Shown here: positions 53,477 to 64,000 of the stretch, piece after piece
Numbering within the stretch: the stretch's first letter is position 1
Layout of the letters: the number at the start of each line of letters is the position of its first letter
Origin: the human T2T-CHM13v2.0 reference genome, Homo sapiens
NCBI RefSeq assembly: GCF_009914755.1
Contig: NC_060926.1
Length of the DNA stretch: 64,000 nt
Strand: one strand, 5' to 3'
Translations under genes and position numbers: made by a program
The notes under the pieces: generated by a model
What the model saw: only the letters and a program-made list of their open reading frames with translations
Told to the model about the DNA's origin: nothing
The model's database searches: none

Positions 53477-54129
53477 CACAATAAGACCATTTCTCATAAC
53501 CTCCACTGCAGTGACCTTGGCCAGAGAAACCATCAAGTTTCACTTGCATTACAGCAATTCCTAACTGGTGTTCCTACTTCTATCTTTGCCCACTAAAGAC
53601 TTGCCATATCATATCATAGCAGAAAGATATTTTCAAAATAGAAACTACATCATGTCATTCTTCTGGGCAAAAAGCCAGTCCTTACAATGACTTACAGGAT
53701 TCTACATGATTGGTTTCTAGTTACTTCTCCAATCTCATCTCCTAACTTTTCACTCCACTGAAGGCATACTGGCTTCCCAGCTGTTTGCTGAGCATCTCAA
53801 CTATTCTTCCACCTCAAGTCCAAGGTCCTGGTGTTTCTCCTGCTTGGAACAGTTCTCCATGGCCAGTTTCTTCAACTCCTTTAAGTCTTTGCTCAGAGGA
53901 TACTTTCCTAGTGAGGCCTACCCTGATTACCCAAGTTAAAATTCCAACTCAACTCCCTCTCTGCACTCTATTCTGGAGCTCCTTATCCATTTTCCTATTG
54001 CTTGTTGAAGGTTTCCATTGGTTGGCTCTCTGTCATCTCACACTTATCATCACAAGTGGAATTCTTTATCATTCCCCAAACTTACCACTTTATTTAACAG
54101 CATCCCTTCTATAATGAAATCCTGAAACT

Positions 54130-54540
54130 AAAATTTATTAGGCATGCTCCATGTCAGAAGCTTTATGCATTAAGTCACTCAATCATTTATCCAGTCCTGT
54201 AAATACAATGTACTTATTCCAATTTAAAGCAAGACCATGAAGAGTATATAGTGAATGGTAGAGCTAGTAGCCAGGTCACAGTGATAGGACACACTAATGA
54301 CTTCCAACTATACCTGGGGTCAGCAAATATGGATCATAAGCCAAATACAGCTCACCATCTGTTTTGTTTTTGTACGTAGAGTTTTGTTGTAACACAGTTA
54401 CGCCCATTTGTTTGTGTATTATTATGGCTGTTTTTACGCTATAACCACAGAGTTGAGTAGTTGCCAACAGAGACTATATGACCTGCAAAGCCTGAAATAC
54501 TTATGATGTGGCAAACTCCTGATCTCTACCATGCTGCCTT
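54130..54540 (-). mobile_element. MIR interrupted by MER58A
   Basis: aatttattaggcatgctccatgtcagaag; agtgaatggtagagctag; terminal ccatgctgcct. Confidence 0.5.
54314..54521 (+). mobile_element. MER58A hAT-Charlie MITE
   Basis: ggggtcagcaaat...aacacagttacgcccatttgttt...cagagttgagtagttgc...acctgcaaagcctgaaata. Confidence 0.88.
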
Positions 54541-55356
54541 TCATATAAAGCAGAGGTTATTTGATCTAGAAATTTCCCGATACATAAAGATACAAGGAAT
54601 GTTTCATACACAGGAATGTCTATTAAGAAAAAAACTTGTTTTAACAATAATATTCAAAATTTTAAAGTTGTAGATCTCCAAATCTAGCTTTTTTTAGTTC
54701 AGTTTACTATACTTAATATCTTTCTGTAGATACAACAACTATTAATAATCACTGTTGAGGATGCCTTTGATTATTTTTGGTAGAGATATAGTTGGACTCA
54801 ATGAAAACATTTTTAATCCACATTTATGAGTTTAATATTTTCAGTTTCCCTTTTACTTACTTTATCTCTCTGACTGAGATATACTCATGTAAGTTTTATA
54901 TAGCAAATAAATGAAAGAAATAGTAACACTTAGATCTCTAAAATGTCCCAATATTGTTTACATATTGAGGAATACTTTAATCTAAAATTCTAAGTCTAAA
55001 TCTGTTATTCAAATATGTATTTTATATTAAATTTGTAAGTTTCACTTGTTATTGGGGAGAACAAATTCTCTTAAACATAAGCATATAGAATTCCAAATGT
55101 ACTCTTATTATTTAGCTAAAAGAAATACAATAGGTTTGATTCTTTGAATATGTCTTACTTAAATCTAAATGTTTTTGAGTTCAGTAAGAAAACAGTTGTA
55201 TCATGCCAATCAGTTTTGGAAAAAACTTCTCAACTAATTGAGATTGCAAAATGATAAGGTGTTTGGCTCACAAAATTAACATATTAGCATATGTTAATTG
55301 CAAATAATATATAATCAGAACATGTAATTAAGATAATCCTATTATAGACTTTGTAG

Positions 55357-55674
<318 letters not shown>

Positions 55675-56433
55675 CTAAGCATTATTTATAGTCTATAATG
55701 GCAAATTTAGCACTTAAAGCAAGTTAGGCTTTTAGTATGTGTACCTGTCTACTTATTGTCTGCAACTCTGCCTAGTAAGTTCACTTGAGTGGATTTTTGC
55801 ATTTCTTTGCATCCTTTGGTCCTGAAATGCTTTGAATTTAATGCTAAAGCCTTTTGAATAAATTAATTTGATGTCTTTTTTTCATAGAGTCTATTTCTTA
55901 GTATCATATAATTCTTGTGGACATTAAAATGGAGATAGATTTCTAGTTCTCTCTGATGGCTTTGTATGACTATTAGGTAAACCTCTAGTTTCTGGTTCCA
56001 TGCTGGATGGCCCTAGACCGATAGATTCTGAGAGGTGGAGGAAAGAGAAAAGGAAGAGAGGCTGCCACACTGGTCTTAATACCTGATTCATGTTCCAAAA
56101 AAATCAAGCCTTTATCTCTCTCTGGCTTAACATCTATGTAGCTACATTTTGTATGTTATTATGATTTAAAAATAGTGCCTATCCCCCTCTATTATCCTAA
56201 CCAAGATTTGAAGATGTGAGAAGAGTTAAAAATAATAATAATTCAGTGACAGGTAAATAAATAATCCATATTCCATTATGTTACCAAATGTTTGATTTTG
56301 TTAGTCTCTTTCTTATCTGCTTGAGCATGACTGAGGAAAAGGAGGTTTTCCATTCATGCTTCTTTAATGCAGTGGCCACATCCTAATTTCACTGTAATTT
56401 CTCATGGCCATCCTCCTCCCAATTCTTCCAGAC

Positions 56434-56936
56434 CTGCACTGTCCAATGTGGGACCACTAGCCACATATAGCTACTCAACTCTTGAGATGTGGCTAGTATT
56501 ATTGAGAAAGTAAATTTTTAATTATATTTAATCTTAGTTAATTGAAATTTACCTTTAAAAACTGATAATTGATTATTGTAAAAATTGTAAGAATATTTGG
56601 AGCAAGTTAAGTATGTATATCTTCTTTTAGAACTGTAAATTTTATGAAATATCAATAAAGGTTCAAATTTAGATCCAAAGAATAAAAATTTACCACCTGA
56701 ATTGACATGTGCAATAAATGTAAAATACACACTGGATTTCTAACACTTGCTATGAAAAAGAATATAAACTTTTAATAATAATTTGTTGATTGCATGTCAA
56801 AATGATAATATTTTGGATTTATGGGGTTACATGAAATATAGTATTGAAATCAAGTTCACCTCTTTTTTATATTTTTTAGTGGCTACTAGAAAGTTTCAAA
56901 TTGCGTGTGTAGCTTGCATTTTACTGTGAGACTGTG
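56434..56936. mobile_element. hAT-Charlie element (MER3/MER33/Charlie-like)
   Basis: ctgcactgtccaat...cactagccacatatagctac...gtggctag; aaatgtaaaatacacactggattt; gtggctactagaaagttt. Confidence 0.82.
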
Positions 56937-57349
56937 AATGCCCCAGGTGTACCTGCTTCCATTCAGCATACCTAGAGCCACCCAGCCTCCTTAACTTTTC
57001 TGAATACTTACTGCCCTACAAAAGGGAGATGGAACTATTTTCTTTCACTGAAGTCTCCAAGATTTCCCTTTTTTCCTTATCAGATATTTCTTATTTTAAA
57101 ACTTTCTTCATCAAACAAATTTCTATACACTTTTAATGAAATGCTAACCATAAGCTTTCTATTTAAAATTACATCTTCTTCAATGATAAGCTTTCTATTT
57201 GCAATTTAGTGCTGTGTTACAGGTTTATCAGACCTTTTTCTGAAAGCAGGCTGTGAATGGAAAATTGAGTGAGAGGATCCAGGCACCTGTATTGCAGGGA
57301 GTTTATGAGAATGACAAGATATTGTCTAACCTTGGGATTGTCAGAATAC

Positions 57350-57475
57350 CTCTGATCCTCCGGTTTATCTTCTACACTGTGAAAATAATAATACCTGCCT
57401 CACAGATTAGATGTGGAAATGAATAAACATATAAACTAAGAAAGTGCCTGGCATAGTGTATGTGGTCAGAGTGTT
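57350..57475 (+). mobile_element. MIR 3' part
   Basis: ataataatacctgcctcacag...agtgcctggcatagtg. Confidence 0.7.
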
Positions 57476-57494
57476 TTGGTTTATTTGCTTTTAA

Positions 57495-58190
57495 AAAAAA
57501 TTAGTATATTTTTCAAGTAAAATATTCAGAAAGATGCATAAATCATAAAGCCACAGTTTATGAGCCAGTACAAAGTGATGCACCTGCCTTTTCACTCCCC
57601 AGGTCAAGAAGAAGATAACCAGCACCTCAGAAGCTCTCTTCATACACCCCTCAACCACTACTCACTGGATTTGTTTGGCCTATTTTCAAACATTGTATCT
57701 ATAAAATCATATAGTATGCATTACTTCGTTTTGCTTTTCCATTCCACATTATGTTTGTGAGATATATCAATGTGACCGTAGGTGGTAGTAGTTTGACCTA
57801 TTTCATTGTTATATAGTATTTCATCTTATGCCTATACCATGATTTATCTATTCTTCTCTTGATTAACATGTAACTTGTTTTCAGTTTGGGAACAGTATAA
57901 AGTTATGTTGCTATAAAACATTTTTACATGGCTTCTGGCACTACTAAGTACTATTCATTGTTGACTCTATAACATGGAGTATTCATTGCTGGGCCACAGG
58001 GTGTGTGTATGTTTAACTTTAGTTACTACTGTCAATTCCTTTTCAAAAGTGGTTGTACAGGTACCAAATTTGTTCTCACACCAGCCATTTATGCAGAATC
58101 CAGTGACTCCATATCTTTGCCAACACTTGGTATCTCATTATGGTTTTAATTTTCCTGTTCCTAATCACTAATGAAATTAAGTTTTTTTTT
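57495..58190 (-). mobile_element. L1ME-like 3' fragment
   Basis: ccaggtcaagaa...cagcacctcagaagc; acattatgtttgtgagat; tttgccaacacttggtat. Confidence 0.78.
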
Positions 58191-58627
58191 TTTAAGTACC
58201 AACACTACTTTAACAGAATTGACTTTCTGATATCATTGATTTATCTTTATCTAGAACTGCTCTTCATGGTAGGCAACTCACTAGTTGATGCCCTTAAAAC
58301 TTTTCCTTAGAGAGTACAGATTTTTAATCTAAAAATTAGCAAGTGTGTTATATGGACATTTTCTTTGTGTAACAACAACACAGGTAAAAATAAACAACTT
58401 TCTAAATATTAATACCACTTTTAAAAGCTATTCTGAAATTCTTTATCCTTACAAGTATTTGGTGAAAAGGTGAGGTAATTTTATTGGCATAAATGTATAT
58501 CTCATAATTATCAACAAACAAAATGAATTCCAACTGTAATACTCAGACACGTTTTGCATGAAAAGTAACCTGGAATGGCAAATGCAATAGTATCTCCTTA
58601 TTTTTTAGGCCATTAAAAATCATTGCT

Positions 58628-59045
<418 letters not shown>

Positions 59046-59423
59046 TCATGCTCAGGTTTCATATTTTCCAATTTGAATTTCTACTGATTTTGATATCCTT
59101 TTTATGTTCTGATTAGGCAGATTAAATATGTCTATAAAGAATTTTCCAGATACATGATATTACATAAGATCATAATAAAATTATTTGAAGACACCGGCAA
59201 CATGTTTGATTTTTTTTAAGGTTCTGTGTGTTTCTGAGAGAATGTTTGTTTATATCACTTTACTAGCATGTCAAAAAATCCCTGGTGAGGATTGTAAATT
59301 GAAAACCAGAAACAATGCCAACATTATTACTACACCTGGAGCATTTACTCTTGTCTAGTTACTGTTCTTTACAGTAAAGAAAGCTCTGTATCTATTCTCA
59401 TCAGTCTCCTTTAGCAGAATATT

Positions 59424-59818
59424 TGTGATGGTTTGGATTATTGTTCAGTAAATATTAATTCCCCTACAACTCCAACTGTAGGCAGAGAAAACTTCCTTGC
59501 CTTGTTGATATTGGGCTTGGAAAGTTAGCAAATGTAACACAGGCAGAGGCCTTAAATATGTCTATATGGTTTGGCTTGGCTTTGGGACTCCTGGTATTCA
59601 TATTGAGAATAAAATGATCAGATGGCCACTGATTTAAACAGTGTGAAAATTACGTGTAACACATCAAATCCTGGAGCCCAGAGCCTGGAGCTGGGCCAAG
59701 CTGAGCTGCAGTCAACCTACAAACCCATGAATGATAAATAAGATCTTGATGTTTTAAGCCACTACATCTTGGTGTGGTTTGTTATGCAGCATTATTGTGA
59801 CAAAAGCTAACTGAGACA
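59424..59818 (+). mobile_element. MaLR solo LTR (MLT1H/I-like)
   Basis: Starts tgtgatgg; ttttaagccact...tttgttatgcagcattattgtgacaaaagctaactgagaca. Confidence 0.82.
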
Positions 59819-59899
59819 GCTTCTGAATCTGTTGGTTAAAAATATTTACATTAAAGTTCTCAAATACAAAATCTATTTAGTAAATTAGTCAACAGTACC

Positions 59900-62090
59900 A
59901 CTCAGTCAAAAGATAGTTATTGAACACTTAGAATGTGCCAATCACAGTGCTACATAGTGGAGATGGATGGTAAACAAAATAGACATGGGGAAACTTGAAA
60001 AGGTAATTGAAATACAATCTGACCTGTTCTGATAAGGACAAGCAAGCACCAATTACGGGATGATTTAGAAGGGAGACTAGAACTAGTCTTGACAAGTCAA
60101 GGAAGTTTTGTCAGAGATGAAGCATGAGTAGGGATTATTTACATTACTGTAGGAAGAATCAATAACATCCTCAAAAACTCAGAAATAAAAAGATACAGTA
60201 ATTCAGTGAACTACAAGAAATAATGCATGACAGGGAGTGAGTCGAGTACATAAAAGGAAGGATGTGTATAGTAGAAAATAGTTTGAGGGGGCAGAGCAGG
60301 TAGGAAGTGTGTCTGGGGCTTCTGGCAGCCATCCCACACCCTAAATGTAAAGAAACATAAAGCTCAGATGATGTCATTGGTTGCTAGGATTCAGCTATGC
60401 ATGAAACCAAAGATAAGACTCTGGGTAACACCTACATTTACTACATTCACAAAGAGGCAGTGTATTCATTAGCAGATATTTGTTGAGCATTGTGAATGTG
60501 ATGCTAAGTGAAAATAATACACTTTCCTCAGAAAGATTACTATCTGGTTGTAAATACAGAGAGGTAAAGAGGCAATTTTAATACATAGTGTTGTGATATA
60601 ATACAGAAAACAGGACAATATGGGAAGAGAGCCAGGGAAATTCCAAAGAGAAAGTAACAAGTAAACTGAGAACCTAAAGGAGAAAAGGTATTTACTCAAT
60701 GGCACAGTGGCTTACACCTGTAATCCCAGCAATTTGGGAGGCTGAAGCAGGAGGATTACTTCAGCCTAGAAATTCTAGACCTGTCTAGGTAACATGATGG
60801 GACTCAGTCTCTATAAACACTTTTAAAAACTAGCCAGGCATGATGGTATGCACCTATGGTCCCAGATACTTGGGAGGCTGAGGCAGAACGATTGCTTGAA
60901 CCTAGGATGATGAGGCTACAGTGAGTCATGTTTATGTCACTGCACTCCAGCCTGGGCAACAGAGTGAGAACTTTTCTCAAAAAAGAAGATTTACTCAAGT
61001 CAAGAATAAGAAAATGTTATTCCACATAGAGTAAATGGGATGTTTAAGATTTTCCAGGATGAAAAGAAAGATAGTCCATATAGGGGGTGATTTCCTTCAA
61101 GAGACAAAATGGGAGAGGTAAATGGGACCAGATCATAAGTCATGTTATGAAGTTTGGACATGAATTTGAGAACAAGGAAAACCAATTAAGGGATTTCAAG
61201 GATAATTGAGAAATGCATAGCAGAGAGAACTGGCAGGACTTGACAACTGACTACATGCCTGTGTTAAAGGAAAGGGAAGACAAGGAGGACACTCAGCAAA
61301 CTGACTTGGGCAAATCGGTGAAGAGAGATGTCACTGGGAGCACAGATGTGGCACAGGGTGGTGAGGAGGATTTAGTGGTGACATAAAAAAAAATTAAAAG
61401 AGGTGGACAAACAGCTATTAGGGCAAAGTAAGAGAATCGGTGTAATGCTAAGTCACTAATCCAGGAGAAGACTTACTACTAAGAAAGAGGAGATTTTCAT
61501 CAGTGCCAAAGTGGCAAATTTGAGGATACCAATAAGAAAACGATTCCAATTTGGATATTAGGAGTTTGGGAATGACTTGATAAAGTAGCTTCAGCAAACT
61601 GGTGTGGAGACCAGATTATAAAAGCCTTAGGGATGAGTGAGTGGTGAAGAACTGGGAGAGAAAGTAGACAAAATAATGGAATGGCATCCTAAAAATGTAG
61701 CTGTGTGGGGAGAAGGGAGTATCAGGAGAAGAAGACATGACAGGTTGTGTGCTGAGAGACAAGGGAGAGAAAAAGATTTAAGATATAAGTGCATGTGTGT
61801 GGGGGGTTGAGGGTGGGAATTCTAGAGCAATATTCCAGAGAAAGCAGAAGGCTTGAGCTCAATCTTAAGGCTGGAAAACTCATCTCAGATAAGGAGCAGA
61901 GACACTTCATTGTCAGGGACAGAGAACAGAGGGGCAGGCTAGTGATAACTAGATAAGAAATTCTGAATGATGGAAAGGAAGACTAAGGAGTTGTTGTTCA
62001 TTAACTTTTACTCTTAAAGGAAGCAGAGTTTGGATATCTGAGTTTGAAAAACACAGAAATATTTATAGTCATTTTTTAAGGGAACTGGTA
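59900..62090 (-). mobile_element. L2 fragments, interrupted by an AluJ
   Basis: ttattgaacacttagaatgtgccaatcacagtgcta; gcagatatttgttgagcat; gactgactacatg; ggagaccagattataaaagccttagggatgagtg. Confidence 0.6.
60700..60985 (+). mobile_element. AluJ
   Basis: Diverged J-type Alu (gaggctacagtgag); TSD atttactcaa at 60690-60699 and 60989-60998. Confidence 0.92.
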
Positions 62091-62094
62091 AGGA

Positions 62095-62977
62095 GATGTT
62101 TCTTAGCTGCAAACTATAGACTGTATCTAGTTAATTTTGGTAGAGGTAAATAAAATTTATTACGGATACTGAGTAGCTGACAGTATTATCAGGAGGTCCA
62201 AAGAGCCACAGAGAGTCATGGGACGATACTCAATGCATGAAAATGACCCACGAAAATACCACTGCTGTTAATGTGTGTCACCTATATCTCAGTTCATTGA
62301 AATATCAAAGCTTAAGATCGGACATTAAATGCCTCTGAGGAGCCAAATGCTTGGAAGCACTTGGAACCACTAATTGCTGAAAGATAGACTCAATGAGTGT
62401 CTATGACATCATATTGCTCCCTTCTGTAGGAAAGACTGCTGTTTGTACCCCAACATATATTCCCTCCATCTCTCATTGTAATATATTCTCTCCATCTGTC
62501 ATGTTGGTCACATGGCCAGCCGCTCAGAGTAAAAACTACATTTCCTAGCCCCCACTTAATCAAACTGTGGCCAGTTTAGGCCAGTGGAAAAAAGAAGTTA
62601 TTTTATGTTAGCTTTTAGTATAGCGAAGATGAGTCACACTCCCTGGGGTTGTGAACTAATCACTTGAAAGGAGTCTTGTCCCTATGGATTTCTGAGACCA
62701 AAGCATGATATCAGTCTAGGATGATAGATCTTTACTCTTCTATAAGAGCAAGTAAACTTCTATCTTATTTTCCTAACTCAAAAAAATCTTTTCATGGGTG
62801 TGTCTGATGGGTGGCCCAGATCCCCTTCCTGCACCCAGACAGCCAGGGAGAGTGAGGGAATGAATTCACTTCCCACCCTGGCAGCCGGGTTTATAATGTT
62901 GAGAATGTCTCCCAGATAGAAGAGCTATTCAAAAGATGTTAGGTAACGACTAACAAAACAGTTGTTTGTTTATAGCA
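62095..62977 (-). mobile_element. Old MaLR LTR (MLT1M/N-like) split by a nested MLT1J-like LTR
   Basis: ttcttagctgcaaactatagact...aatttattacggatactgagtagct; gggtgtgtctgatgggtgg. Confidence 0.45.
62425..62780 (+). mobile_element. MaLR LTR (MLT1J-like)
   Basis: gtcacatggccagcc...aaaaactacatttcctagcc; agtaaacttctatctt. Confidence 0.65.
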
Positions 62978-63309
62978 GGGGTGGTGGTCGGGGGGGGACG
63001 GGGGGAGGAAAGGAGAAGGGAGGGAGAGAGGAAGAAGAAAATAATAATGAGCAGTAAAAGGGCACAAAAGAGCATGAATTAATCCAGGTCTGATTTTATG
63101 GTATTTTTTTTTAATCTTAATACTCTGGAATTGGGAACAGAAACTAGTCTTTACCTAGTAAAAATGTTATTGAATCACCAAACTGTAAAATTCAGATTTG
63201 ATATAGAAACCGAGGTGGAGAGAAATGAAAGGCAGGACAACATTCCTTCCCTTGTGCTTCTTCAGCCCCAGTAGGAGGGTAGGTACGAGAAGGAGTATTG
63301 AGGACTGAG

Positions 63310-63455
63310 TGATGTGAGAAGCAGGCAGGGGTTTGAAGTCAGATGTGGATATGACCCTAACTCCGCCCAACATACTAACTCTAAAAAGTTACGCAAGTTA
63401 ATTGCTCCTTTGAGCTCATTTCTTCATTAGTAAGATGGAAATAATTGCAGTACAA
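63310..63455 (+). mobile_element. MIR SINE
   Basis: tttgaagtcaga...gcaagttaattgctcctttgagctcatttcttcattagtaagatggaaataat. Confidence 0.7.
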
Positions 63456-64000
63456 GCCAATAAAAGTATAGTACCAGGGACAGAATTTGCTCAGCTCTCA
63501 GCTCAGTGCTTACTGCATTGTGTAAACCCTCAAATTCTTAGTAAACACTTTTTAATAAAGCTCAAGTGCTTCTCTTACTCTTCGACTCTCATCTCATGCC
63601 ATAGGTTTAGGCAAACAAAAATATCTCGTCCTACCTGGAATCGGAAACCACCCTGCATAATTCAAGCCATTCTCAGAAATAGCATTTGGACAAAGGGAAG
63701 AAAAGTCATGACTCACAATTAGAGGATGGAATCCTCAGGAAAAACCAACATTAGCATCTAAACAAGAAAATTAGCTTATTGACATTGAAAAATGTTGCTA
63801 CATTTTCAATTTCATTAAAGCCTCCAATAGACAAACACATTTATTTCTGTGCTATGTGTCTGATAGCAGGAAGGGCCAGAAACATCAGTCTACAAGCTCT
63901 GGGACTCTAGACTGTGACAGTGCTGATGAAATATATGTTTGCTGAGAAGACGTACGATCTCGACTATCTGTGACCATTGAAATATTAAGGAAATTACTTA

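Noticed and set aside
57150-57200. 15-bp direct repeat ataagctttctattt, 36 bp apart
   Set aside because: Real but a trivial local duplication with no further structure.

Overview
Primate (almost certainly human) AT-rich non-coding DNA, either intergenic or deep intronic. I recognise no protein-coding exon, tRNA, rRNA, snRNA or CRISPR array. The longer ORFs are L1 ORF1/ORF2 remnants, Alu read-through or low-complexity repeat artefacts. Roughly half the window is interspersed repeats: 8 Alus, 3 primate L1PA copies, older L1M, L2 and MIR copies, MaLR/ERV solo LTRs and hAT-type DNA transposons. Subfamily names are from my recollection of consensus sequences and need RepeatMasker/Dfam confirmation. 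Main points of interest: (1) a CpG-retaining, promoter/enhancer-like island at ~26.0-27.5 kb with an 85-bp VNTR, a (GGGGTC)3GGGGG G-quadruplex motif and a possible minus-strand first exon that may splice to acceptors at ~16-17 kb; (2) an L1PA7-like element with both ends and TSDs intact but most of ORF2 deleted; (3) a micro-inversion inside an old L1M; (4) an LTR19-like solo LTR with tandem GATA+TEAD units; (5) an AP-1/TEAD motif cluster at ~10 kb; (6) a ~550-bp AT minisatellite grown from an Alu tail; (7) several perfect short-loop hairpins. I find no convincing new biological system; the regulatory and transcript hypotheses are motif-level inferences.
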